DNA of 64,000 nt from assembly GCA_035544015.1 (NCBI GenBank), contig DATKIP010000064.1:2131-66130 (forward strand). Reading direction: 5' to 3'. The DNA comes from Candidatus Saccharimonadia bacterium. Lineage in GTDB: Bacteria > Patescibacteriota > Saccharimonadia > UBA4664. How positions within the stretch are numbered: the first letter of the stretch is position 1; every line of letters begins with the position of its first letter. Shown piece after piece: positions 50,316-58,859 of the stretch. The notes under the pieces are model-generated. The model had not been told where the DNA came from. It saw only the letters and a program-made list of their open reading frames with translations, and did no database searches. The translations under genes and the position numbers were made by a program.

Positions 50316-51810
50316 TAATCCCAAATTTGCCAAACTAGTAGCCGACGGCCGTCCCACCGGCGAGGTCGTCGGCGTCGACCGTTTCCTCGTGACCATCCAG
50401 GGTATGGGCGGCGTGGCTATCAATGCGCTCATTTACTTCGACAACGGCTACCAAGGCCTCGTGCGCGAAGTCCGGGCCGAAACCGTCATGGTGCTCAACC
50501 TCAGCGCCGAATCCATCCCCATCGGCACCCTGGCCGTCATCGAGGCCGACGAAATCGTGACCGGGGTAGGGGACGCGCTGCTGGGCCGCGTGGTGAGCGT
50601 CACAGGGCAGCCGCTCGACGGCAAAGGTCCCATCACCTTCAGCCACTTCGACTCTGTCTTCAAGGTGGCGCCCGGCATCATCGAGCGCCAGCAGCTCACC
50701 GAACCCCTTACCACCGGTGTCGCCATCTCCGACCAACTCTTCCCGCTCGTCAAAGGCCAACGCATCGCGGTGCTCGGCGACAACAAAACCGGCAAATCAG
50801 CCTTCACCATGCAGCTCACGCTGGCCCAAAAAGACACCGGCCGCTTCGTGGTGCACGTGCTCATCGCCAAGCGCAAATCCGATGTCGACCGCCTCATCTC
50901 GAAACTCAACGAAACCGGTGCCATCTCGTACTGCACCATCATCGTAGCCTCGGTTTTTGACTCCCTCACCCAGTCGTACCTCGCGCCCTACATCGGCGCC
51001 ACCATCGCCGAGCACTTTTGGCACGGTGGCAAGGACGGCGTCATTGTGTACGACGACCTCTCCAACCACGCCAAAGTCTACCGCGAACTCTCCCTCTTGC
51101 TCAAAGTCGCCCCCGGCCGCGCCAGCTACCCCGGCGACATGTTCTATGCTCACTCCAGCCTGCTCGAGCGCGCCGGCCGCCTCGTCAAAAACGGCGCCAC
51201 GCTCGCCTCCATCCCCGTGGTACTCACGCCCAACAACGATATCACCGCGCCGCTGCCCACCTCCATCATGTCCATCACCGACGGCCAGCTCATCTTCGAT
51301 ACCGAGGCCTTCCGCGCGGGCATCCGTCCCGCCATCTCGGTGGGCCTGTCCGTCTCCCGCGTCGGCGGCGTCGGCCAAACCAAGCGCCAAAAGAAGCTCA
51401 CCGCCAGCCTCTTCAAAAAACTCGCCGCCTACCGCCAAGCCGCCGAATTTTCACACTTCGGCTCCGAGCTAGCCATCGAATCACGCGCCGATCTCGAGCT
51501 CGGCAAAAAAATCTACGAAGCCCTCAAACAACCCCCCGACATGATTTACTCCAGCAACGAGCAAGATCTCATCCTAGGTACCGTCATGAAAACCGAGGGT
51601 AAAATCACCATCAATATCGACAGTCTCAAGCGCAAAGCCAAAGAGCTGGCGCCCACCATGACCGCCGAATCCGACTGGGACGGCGCCATCGCCAGGCTGC
51701 TGGCTGAGGTTACCGTGCAAGCGGCTGCACCCCCAGCCGCCCCCACCTCCCCAGCCGCCCCCGGCCAGCCCCCAGCGCCGCCCGCCCCTGCCCCCGAGGC
51801 CAAAAAATGA
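50308..51810 (+). CDS. atpA: F-type ATP synthase subunit alpha, with a Pro/Ala-rich C-terminal extension
   Basis: P-loop GDNKTGKSAF (alpha-type GDRQTGKT) and alpha-subunit N-terminal beta-barrel. Confidence 0.85.
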   Translation: MFDNPKFAKLVADGRPTGEVVGVDRFLVTIQGMGGVAINALIYFDNGYQGLVREVRAETVMVLNLSAESIPIGTLAVIEADEIVTGVGDALLGRVVSVTGQPLDGKGPITFSHFDSVFKVAPGIIERQQLTEPLTTGVAISDQLFPLVKGQRIAVLGDNKTGKSAFTMQLTLAQKDTGRFVVHVLIAKRKSDVDRLISKLNETGAISYCTIIVASVFDSLTQSYLAPYIGATIAEHFWHGGKDGVIVYDDLSNHAKVYRELSLLLKVAPGRASYPGDMFYAHSSLLERAGRLVKNGATLASIPVVLTPNNDITAPLPTSIMSITDGQLIFDTEAFRAGIRPAISVGLSVSRVGGVGQTKRQKKLTASLFKKLAAYRQAAEFSHFGSELAIESRADLELGKKIYEALKQPPDMIYSSNEQDLILGTVMKTEGKITINIDSLKRKAKELAPTMTAESDWDGAIARLLAEVTVQAAAPPAAPTSPAAPGQPPAPPAPAPEAKK

Positions 51811-52667
51811 GTTCACGTTCACTGGGCATCGAGCATGAAGCCGGCCAGGTCGGCACCGTCTCCGAGCTCACGGGTATCTTCGAGTCCATCGCCTCCATGC
51901 GTATCGGCAAAATCAAAGACCGCGTCGCGCGCAGCCAGCAGTTTTTTTCCGAATTGTGGCAAATCTACACCCAGCTGCGGGTCGACCCCCAAGACCGTCT
52001 CACCGGCAAAAACAGCCCGACTCGCGACAAACCCAACGTCTTCCTAGCCCTCACGTCCGAAGGCGGTCTATCGGGCGACATTGACGGCCGCATCGTCAAA
52101 ACCGTGCTCGAAAACATCGATCCCACCACCACCGACCTCATTGTGATCGGTGCGCACGGCGCCACGCAATTCGTGCAAAACCACGCCAAGATCAAGCGTT
52201 ACTTCCGCCTGCCCGACATCGACCAAGCCATCGATGTCTCGCCGATCGTCGACGAACTCTTGGGCTACAAGCAACCCACCGTCTGGTTCCAGCGCTACGT
52301 GTCGCTGTCGGTGCAGGAAGTCGGCCGCATCGACCTCCTCGGCCGCGTGCGCACCCTGGCCACCGGCGCCGAAGCCGCCAAAACCACCGACATCATCAGC
52401 CCTCGCGACTACCTGTTCGAGCCCAGCGTCGATGACGTCGTACGCTATCTCGAATCGGTCATGATGGAAATCGCCCTCTCGCAGGTCATCCTCGAATCCC
52501 GCCTCGCCCAATACGCCTCGCGATTCACCGCCATGTCGGCGGCCAAAAAGCGCGCCAAAGAGCTCCAAACCCTCCTCGTCATGAACTACAACCGCGCGCG
52601 CCGCGGCGAGGCCGACGACCGCATCAAAGAAATCGTCAACGCTATGAACGCGCTGCACGCGAATTAA
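51807..52667 (+). CDS. atpG: F-type ATP synthase subunit gamma
   Basis: Gamma-like N-terminal helix (ASMRIGKIKDRVARSQQF) and C-terminal helix (NRARRGEADDRIKEIV). Confidence 0.8.
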   Translation: MSSRSLGIEHEAGQVGTVSELTGIFESIASMRIGKIKDRVARSQQFFSELWQIYTQLRVDPQDRLTGKNSPTRDKPNVFLALTSEGGLSGDIDGRIVKTVLENIDPTTTDLIVIGAHGATQFVQNHAKIKRYFRLPDIDQAIDVSPIVDELLGYKQPTVWFQRYVSLSVQEVGRIDLLGRVRTLATGAEAAKTTDIISPRDYLFEPSVDDVVRYLESVMMEIALSQVILESRLAQYASRFTAMSAAKKRAKELQTLLVMNYNRARRGEADDRIKEIVNAMNALHAN

Positions 52668-52753
52668 ATCGCTGCCCCCAATCCCGTATAATAATCGAAG
52701 GTGTCGCAACCCCGCACCAAGTCCCCGCACCCACGGCACAAGGAGAAAGCTCC

Positions 52754-53245
52754 ATGTCAACCGGCACGCAGCAAAAATCCAGGGGTCGAAGCGCGTCGAT
52801 CGCAAGAATCCTCGCAGTAGCAGTACTAGCAATCCTCGGCCTGATCAAAGGCAGAGCCATGCCGGATACGTCCTCAGATTCAGACGTTGTGTACCGCATC
52901 CAGGGCGCATGGATCCATGCAGGGACCGAGGAGCCCAACGAGATCAAGGTTCTCATCAACGGCGAACCGCCACCTCCAAGCCTCGGCGTTCCACCCGGAT
53001 ACACGAGCAAGGATGATCACGCCCTCCTGAGTGCTCTTATCTCTGTTCCTCCCGGAACCGTCCTCGAGGTGATCGTGACTGCCCGGAGCAATCCCCGATC
53101 CAATGAACCCCTCGAGCAGCTATGCTCTATTACGCGGCCCGGCGAAGTACAGCGACCCTCTTCGGGCCATGCCAACATTGGGGACTATGTGAAGCACATC
53201 GTGAGGGACGACCAGGGCCCACTCATGTGCACGAGGGTCGTGTAG
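52754..53245 (+). CDS. Small secreted two-cysteine protein, paralog 1 of 4 (unknown family) inserted within the atp operon
   Basis: Basic N-terminus plus hydrophobic anchor. Shared motifs with the three downstream ORFs: IxxLING, PxGTVLEVxVTA, first Cys (EQLCSI), C-terminal GPLMCTR. Confidence 0.55.
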   Translation: MSTGTQQKSRGRSASIARILAVAVLAILGLIKGRAMPDTSSDSDVVYRIQGAWIHAGTEEPNEIKVLINGEPPPPSLGVPPGYTSKDDHALLSALISVPPGTVLEVIVTARSNPRSNEPLEQLCSITRPGEVQRPSSGHANIGDYVKHIVRDDQGPLMCTRVV

Positions 53246-53288
53246 AGGCCCCGCAGTTTACAGGCGCTCCTTCGCCTGCTAACCAACA

Positions 53289-53324
53289 GCCCCGGGATGG
53301 CCCAACGTCGTACCATCCCGGGGC
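53289..53324 (+). promoter_or_regulatory. 12-bp perfect GC stem hairpin (GCCCCGGGATGG-N12-CCATCCCGGGGC) followed by an unusually AT-rich stretch
   Basis: Seen in the spacer between paralogs 1 and 2; no T-tract. Confidence 0.35.
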
Positions 53325-53438
53325 CAGCTCTCGTGCGCTACAATAATAATTTGCCTCAGCTTAAACACATTGATATCGTACTTTCTTGGGCACCCAAATA
53401 CCTCAGGTGCCGGCACCTACGCCTCCCAGAGAGGGGAC

Positions 53439-53912
53439 ATGCCGACTAGCGTTGGTCAAAGATCCGGAAACAAGGTCATACGAAGCCTCGGTATGGCTGC
53501 TGTCGTGGTAGCGCTTACCCTCGTGGCTGCGCATTTAGCTGGCAACAACGGCAGCGTTCAATCGCCTGAGATGCGCAAATACACCATGAAGGGCTCGTGG
53601 TTCAACGCCGACTTCAAGAACCAGAATCGCATCGATCTTCGCATCAATGGCAGGCGAGCCGGTGGCTCCGTCGGCTACTCACCGAGCGGTGGCACCGAAC
53701 ACACATACTCCGTCCCTGCCGGATCGGAGCTCACCGTGACGGTCACCGCCTCAGCCCTCGCTGTAGCCCCGACCGGAATCGAGGACCTGATCCAAAGCTG
53801 CTTCATCCTCCTGCCCAACGAATCCGAGACAACACCCACCCTGCCGCCCAACGCCGCGCGTCGCGTCGTGGACAACGACCAAGGGCCGCTCACCTGTAGT
53901 CGCACCGCGTAG
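53439..53912 (+). CDS. Small secreted two-cysteine protein, paralog 2 of 4
   Basis: Start MPTSVG after GAGAGGGGA; motifs RIDLRINGR, AGSELTVTVTA, QSCFIL, ESETTPTLPP, GPLTCSR. Confidence 0.55.
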   Translation: MPTSVGQRSGNKVIRSLGMAAVVVALTLVAAHLAGNNGSVQSPEMRKYTMKGSWFNADFKNQNRIDLRINGRRAGGSVGYSPSGGTEHTYSVPAGSELTVTVTASALAVAPTGIEDLIQSCFILLPNESETTPTLPPNAARRVVDNDQGPLTCSRTA

Positions 53913-53956
53913 GCCCACGCCAAGACAACCTCGCCGTACCTACCCACAGGAGCGCC

Positions 53957-54481
53957 ATGTCCAGGCAAGCTACCAGATCAAGGCCGATTCGAAGCGTCAT
54001 CGCGGCTGCCGGAGCGATCGCGCTAACCCTCGCACTGGCACATGTCATCGCCAACCCCCATCCGCTGGCAGGCCCCGGCATCGCAGTCAACCAGTTGCCG
54101 GACGGAGTGGCCATGGAGGACGGCACCGACGAGCGTGTCAAATACATCCTGCATGGTGTGTGGGGGTCCGCCTCGCGCACGGATACCAGCCGCATCCAGA
54201 TACTCGTCAATGGTGTCGTAGTAGCCGACCATCCCGCCGCGACGCCAGCCGGTGAACTCACACGGGCTTACCTCCTTTCCGCGGGCAATGAGCTTGAAGT
54301 AACGGTTCACGCCGTCGGTCGGTCGATTGAGGGCGTACCCGGGAAGAGGTTCAAGCTGCTGCAGCAGTGTTCGATCCTACGGGAAGGAGAAAACGAAACA
54401 ACCCCCCATCTGCCCCCGCGCGCTTTCCTGCGTGTCACCATCGACCCCCAGCCCCCTCTCACCTGCCACCGCACGACGTAA
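53957..54481 (+). CDS. Small secreted two-cysteine protein, paralog 3 of 4
   Basis: Signal peptide; motifs RIQILVNGV, AGNELEVTVHA, QQCSIL, ENETTPHLPP, PPLTCHR. Confidence 0.55.
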   Translation: MSRQATRSRPIRSVIAAAGAIALTLALAHVIANPHPLAGPGIAVNQLPDGVAMEDGTDERVKYILHGVWGSASRTDTSRIQILVNGVVVADHPAATPAGELTRAYLLSAGNELEVTVHAVGRSIEGVPGKRFKLLQQCSILREGENETTPHLPPRAFLRVTIDPQPPLTCHRTT

Positions 54482-54508
54482 CGTCGTCGCGACCCAGCCG
54501 GAGGCGCC

Positions 54509-55027
54509 ATGTCCAACAGTACACGGCAAAGCTCCAACCGTACGCGGCTGTTGGCGCTACTCGCCATTCCTCTGGCGCTACTCATTGCCCCATCTCTCGT
54601 CAAGCTCGCTACCGGCCCTACCAATACCCCAGATGGTTACCACGAGGTCTACCTACCCGACTCCGACCTACATGTTCTTGCCTTTCCGGGCATAGAGCAT
54701 CACCGAGAAGATGGCCGTATTTACGAGATGGGAGGGAGCTGGGCGGGGAGCTGGACGGGAAACGGTATCCAGTACAAGATCAACGGCGCTGTGATCAAGA
54801 CCCATACCGTTGGCAGAGCAAAAAGCCGCGACCATCAATTCGTCCTCGTCCCCGCAGGCACGGTGCTGGAGGTGTTGACCACCGCTGGCAGCCTCACCCA
54901 GCTCACGTCAAGATTCTGCGTCATCGCTGCGTTCCACGAAGATCCTCACAATGTACCGCCGCCTGCTGGCCGGTCGGTTGAAGGGCCAAGTCCGAGAAAC
55001 CCCCTCACCTGCATTCGGATAGCGTAG
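54509..55027 (+). CDS. Small secreted two-cysteine protein, paralog 4 of 4
   Basis: Signal peptide; motifs QYKINGAV, AGTVLEVLTTA, SRFCVI, NPLTCIR. Confidence 0.55.
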   Translation: MSNSTRQSSNRTRLLALLAIPLALLIAPSLVKLATGPTNTPDGYHEVYLPDSDLHVLAFPGIEHHREDGRIYEMGGSWAGSWTGNGIQYKINGAVIKTHTVGRAKSRDHQFVLVPAGTVLEVLTTAGSLTQLTSRFCVIAAFHEDPHNVPPPAGRSVEGPSPRNPLTCIRIA

Positions 55028-55108
55028 GCGCACCGCCACGCCCTGGGCGAACATCCACCCAGGGCGTGGCTCCCATGCCTCAAATCATGTAAAATAACAA
55101 TAAGCGTT

Positions 55109-56431
55109 ATGGCAACCACTACCGCAGCCCACACTGGTCGCATCGTCAGCATCCGCGGACTCATCGTGGAGGTCGCCTTCCAAGGGGAGGGCCGCCCGAA
55201 CTTGCGCGAAATCCTCACCATCGAGGGCCACCCCGAAATTCTGCTCGAAATCCAATCGTTCAACGAGCACCGCGACGCCATTTGCATCACCTACATGACC
55301 AGCTCGCTCGTCGCTCGCGGCGCCGCGGTAGTCTCCACCGGCACCACCATCTCGGTGCCCACCGGCGCCAAAGCCCTCGGCCGCCTGTTTAATTCCGTGG
55401 GCCAGCCTGCCGACAACCTCGAGCCCCTCGGCCCCGACGTACCGCGCCGTAGCGTATATATGAGCGCCGCCAGCTCACAGCTGTTCACCAACAAAGACGA
55501 GCTGCTCGAAACCGGCATCAAAGTGCTCGACTTCTTCACGCCCTTCGTGAAAGGCCGCAAAATCGGCATCATCGGCGGCGCCGGTGTCGGCAAGACCGTC
55601 CTCATCATGGAAATCATCAACAACATTGGCAAAGACCCATCCAAACTCGCCTTCTTCGCCGGCATTGGCGAGCGCATCCGCGAGGGCCACGAGCTCTACG
55701 AAACGCTCAAAGAGCGCGACATGCTCTCCGGCACCGCCATGTTTTACGGCCAAATGAACGAAAACCCCGCCATGCGCGCCATGGTCGGCATCACCGCCAC
55801 CACCCTCGCCGAATACTTCCGCGACGAAGAAAAACGCGACATCCTGTTCTTCGTCGACAACGTCTACCGCCACATCCAGGCCGGCAACGAGCTGAGCACC
55901 ATGATGGGCCAAATCCCGTCCGAGGGCGGCTACCAAGCCACCATTTTCTCCGACCTCAAGCGCTTCCAGGACCGCCTCTACTCCAACGCCAACGGCTCCA
56001 TCACCGCCGTGCAGACCATCTACGTGCCGGCCGACGACCTCACCGACCCGGCCGTGCAAGAAATTAGCTCCCAAATCGATTCCGTCATCGTGCTCTCCCG
56101 CGCCGTCGCCGAGGCCGGCATCCGGCCCGCCGTCGACCTCATCCGCACTAGCTCCAGCCTCGTCACCCCCGAAATAGTGGGGGATAGGCACTATCTGCTT
56201 GTCACCCAGGTGCAGGCCATCATGCAAAAATACGACTCGCTCAAGAACATCATCGCCATCATCGGCGAAAACGAGCTCTCTCCCCAAGACCGCGCCGACT
56301 ACCAAAAGGCCAAAAAGCTTATCGAATTCTTTGCCCAAAGCATGTTCGTCACCGAGAAGCTCAACGGCATCCCCGGCACCTATTTCTCCCGCGAACAAAC
56401 CCTCAGCGGCGTCGAAGAGATTTTGATTTAA
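55109..56431 (+). CDS. atpD: F-type ATP synthase subunit beta
   Basis: P-loop GGAGVGKTVLIMEIINNI; DELSEED-like region; full length. Confidence 0.95.
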   Translation: MATTTAAHTGRIVSIRGLIVEVAFQGEGRPNLREILTIEGHPEILLEIQSFNEHRDAICITYMTSSLVARGAAVVSTGTTISVPTGAKALGRLFNSVGQPADNLEPLGPDVPRRSVYMSAASSQLFTNKDELLETGIKVLDFFTPFVKGRKIGIIGGAGVGKTVLIMEIINNIGKDPSKLAFFAGIGERIREGHELYETLKERDMLSGTAMFYGQMNENPAMRAMVGITATTLAEYFRDEEKRDILFFVDNVYRHIQAGNELSTMMGQIPSEGGYQATIFSDLKRFQDRLYSNANGSITAVQTIYVPADDLTDPAVQEISSQIDSVIVLSRAVAEAGIRPAVDLIRTSSSLVTPEIVGDRHYLLVTQVQAIMQKYDSLKNIIAIIGENELSPQDRADYQKAKKLIEFFAQSMFVTEKLNGIPGTYFSREQTLSGVEEILI

Positions 56432-56454
56432 TGTCAAGAAAGGGGTAGAGCGAA

Positions 56455-56546
56455 GGAAAACATTAGTATCGCCGCGCGCGCCAGACAAAACAACGCCCCC
56501 ACGCAGCAAAGAGGTCGAGTTCGCAAGCAAGATACTAATGTTTTCC
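56455..56546. repeat. 16-bp perfect inverted repeat (GGAAAACATTAGTATC ... GATACTAATGTTTTCC) enclosing a 60-bp GC-rich loop, in the atpD-atpC spacer
   Basis: Seen in sequence. Confidence 0.6.
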
Positions 56547-56562
56547 GCAGCCACCACACCAG

Positions 56563-56820
56563 ATGGACAAAAAAACCAAGCGCTTCAAGCTCAAAATCCT
56601 CAGCCCCTACCAGACCTACTACCAAGGCGACGCCGTCTCGCTCAGCGCCGCCAACCGCACCGGCCCGTTTGATATTTTGCCCGGCCACATCAACTTTTTC
56701 TCATTGCTCACCAGCGGCGCCGTGGTGGTAAACACCGGCTTCCAGCGCCTCGAATTCCAGATCGGCCGCGGCGTGCTGCGCGTCAGCCAAGACAACGTCA
56801 CCCTGTTTGCGGACGTTTAG
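56563..56820 (+). CDS. atpC: F-type ATP synthase subunit epsilon, N-terminal beta-sandwich only (no C-terminal helical hairpin)
   Basis: Epsilon-like LKILSPYQTYYQGDAVSLSAANRTGPFDILPGHINF...; only 85 aa. Confidence 0.65.
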   Translation: MDKKTKRFKLKILSPYQTYYQGDAVSLSAANRTGPFDILPGHINFFSLLTSGAVVVNTGFQRLEFQIGRGVLRVSQDNVTLFADV

Positions 56821-56823
56821 GCC

Positions 56824-57711
56824 CTACCAAGGTGCCACATCACCGGGATGATCCAGCGGCACCGCCCCGTTGGCTCCTTTCTGATCCGGAAACTCGCTTC
56901 GCACCCATTCCACGTCGTCGGGTTCCATCGCGAAATCAAGCGCACCCAAATTTTCCTCCAGATGGTCCACCCGACTTGTCTTGGCAATCGTCACCACATG
57001 ATCTTGGCTCACCAGCCAGTTAATAGCGATCTGCGTCGGGGTCTTGTTGTACTTGCGCGCCAATGCCTCTAGCGCCGGCGCGCCGGCCAGCGCTCCCTTT
57101 TCCATCGGCCGGTACGCCACCAACATCACATCCTCACTCTGACACTGTGCTAGCACTCCACGCCGCTCCGCCTCTCGAATCTGCACATTATAATGTACCT
57201 GATTGCACGCGAGTTTATGCGCGCTCGCCGCCTGCGCCGCCGCCAAGCGGGCCGGTGAAAAATTACTCACTCCAATATGGCGCACCAATCCTTCATCCAC
57301 CAACGCATCCATAGCTCGCATCGTGTCTGTAATCCGTAGCCCCGGCGCCGGAAATTCGTGCAACAAGTACAAATCCACATAATCCATCCTCAGCCGCTCC
57401 AAGCTGGCCGCCAGAGCTCGCTTCACCCCGTCGTACGACTGGTGAACGCCGCTCACCTTCGTAGCCACCGTGAGCTTGCTCCGGTCAAATCCCTCCACCG
57501 CCCGCGCCAAGAGCTCCTCCGCATGCCCATCGCCGTAAACCTCAGCCGTATCAAGGTGTGTCACGCCCCGCTCCAGCGCCGCTCGGATCGCCGTCACCTC
57601 GCGTTCGTCGTGGCTGCGGTCAGCCTCCCAGCGCCCGCCCATTTGCCACAGTCCCAAGCCGTACACAGGCAATTCAAACCCGTTTGCTAGTCGTTTTGTC
57701 GGAATTTTCAT
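56824..57711 (-). CDS. Aldo/keto reductase
   Basis: AKR catalytic tetrad context (DTAEVYG, ...K..SNF...). Confidence 0.85.
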   Translation of the reverse strand: MKIPTKRLANGFELPVYGLGLWQMGGRWEADRSHDEREVTAIRAALERGVTHLDTAEVYGDGHAEELLARAVEGFDRSKLTVATKVSGVHQSYDGVKRALAASLERLRMDYVDLYLLHEFPAPGLRITDTMRAMDALVDEGLVRHIGVSNFSPARLAAAQAASAHKLACNQVHYNVQIREAERRGVLAQCQSEDVMLVAYRPMEKGALAGAPALEALARKYNKTPTQIAINWLVSQDHVVTIAKTSRVDHLEENLGALDFAMEPDDVEWVRSEFPDQKGANGAVPLDHPGDVAPW

Positions 57712-57857
57712 GGCTCAATCATAGCATCGCGCCGCTACATCGAGTCCACCTACCAGCTCGAAATCACGGGCCTCTGCTCCCTATGCACTGAAAAATCCCG
57801 TTGACAACAGATATAGCATAAGCATAATACAGATAAGAGTATTAATCAGGAATACCC

Positions 57858-58076
57858 ATGGCCTATTCCAAAATCAATTCCAAGGGACAGCAATATTATC
57901 TCCACATGAAGGACGTCACTCTCAAGGGTGGCCGTTTGCAGCGGATTTATTTCTTTGCACGCGAAGTTCGTGAAGGCGCCGTTGACGCGATGCCCGAGGG
58001 CTACACCGATGTCGAGAATCCTCGCACCGGCCTGCTCGTTCTCAAGAAGATCAACAAGGTCGCCAAGGCAGCCTGA
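57858..58076 (+). CDS. Small hypothetical protein (72 aa)
   Basis: AGGAAT SD-like; preferred over the overlapping antisense ORF on composition. Confidence 0.35.
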   Translation: MAYSKINSKGQQYYLHMKDVTLKGGRLQRIYFFAREVREGAVDAMPEGYTDVENPRTGLLVLKKINKVAKAA

Positions 58077-58085
58077 TGGTGATAC

Positions 58086-58857
58086 GCTAAGGCGTATGGC
58101 TGACGCTCTGCTCGAAGTCAAAGATCTCCGCAAAACTTACGCCGACGGCTTTCAGGCCGTCAAGGGCGTAAGTTTTGCCGTCAAAAAAGGCGAAGTCTTT
58201 GGCATTCTCGGGCCCAACGGCGCCGGCAAAACCACGACCCTGGAAATGATCGAGGGCCTCCGGTCTATTACCTCCGGCAGTGTTACGCTCGATGGTCTCG
58301 ACGTGCAGCGCCACCCCTATGAGGTCAAAGAGCGCATCGGCATTCAGCTCCAATCTTCGGCTTTCTTCCCCAATCTCAAGCTCGTCGAGCTGCTGGCCCT
58401 CTTCAATGACCTGTACGCGCAGTCCACCGACCCCCTTGAGCTGCTGCGCGAGGTCGGCCTCGAGGAAAAAGCCGATGCCAAAGCCAAAGAGCTATCCGGC
58501 GGCCAAGCCCAGCGCTTTAGCATCGCCACCACGCTCGTCAACAAGCCGCTGGCCGTGTTCCTCGACGAGCCCACCACCGGCCTCGACCCGCAGGCCCGCC
58601 GCAACCTTTGGGACCTGGTGGCCCAAATCAAGAAAAAAGGCACCACCGTCATCCTCACCACGCACTACATGGAAGAAGCGCAAATTCTCTGCGACCGCGT
58701 GGCGATCATGGATGAAGGCAAGATTATCGCTATGGACAGCCCCGAGCACCTTATCCGCCAACTCCTAGGTCGTGGCTTTAAGCCTCACACCAAGGTGCAG
58801 GCGGCTACGCTCGAAGATGTGTTTATCGATCTGACCGGAAAGGAGCTCAGGGACTAA
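58086..58857 (+). CDS. ABC transporter ATP-binding protein (ABC-2/DrrA-type)
   Basis: Walker A GPNGAGKTT, signature LSGGQAQR, Walker B VFLDEPTTGLD. Confidence 0.85.
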
Positions 58858-58859
58858 TT

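Noticed and set aside
49145-56820. V/A-type or N-type ATPase instead of F-type
   Set aside because: Alpha and beta carry F-type P-loop contexts (GDxxTGKS/T; GGAGVGKTVLI). Gamma, a delta/OSCP C-terminal motif and an epsilon beta-sandwich are present. The order FHAG..DC is F-type, not the N-ATPase order (beta first).
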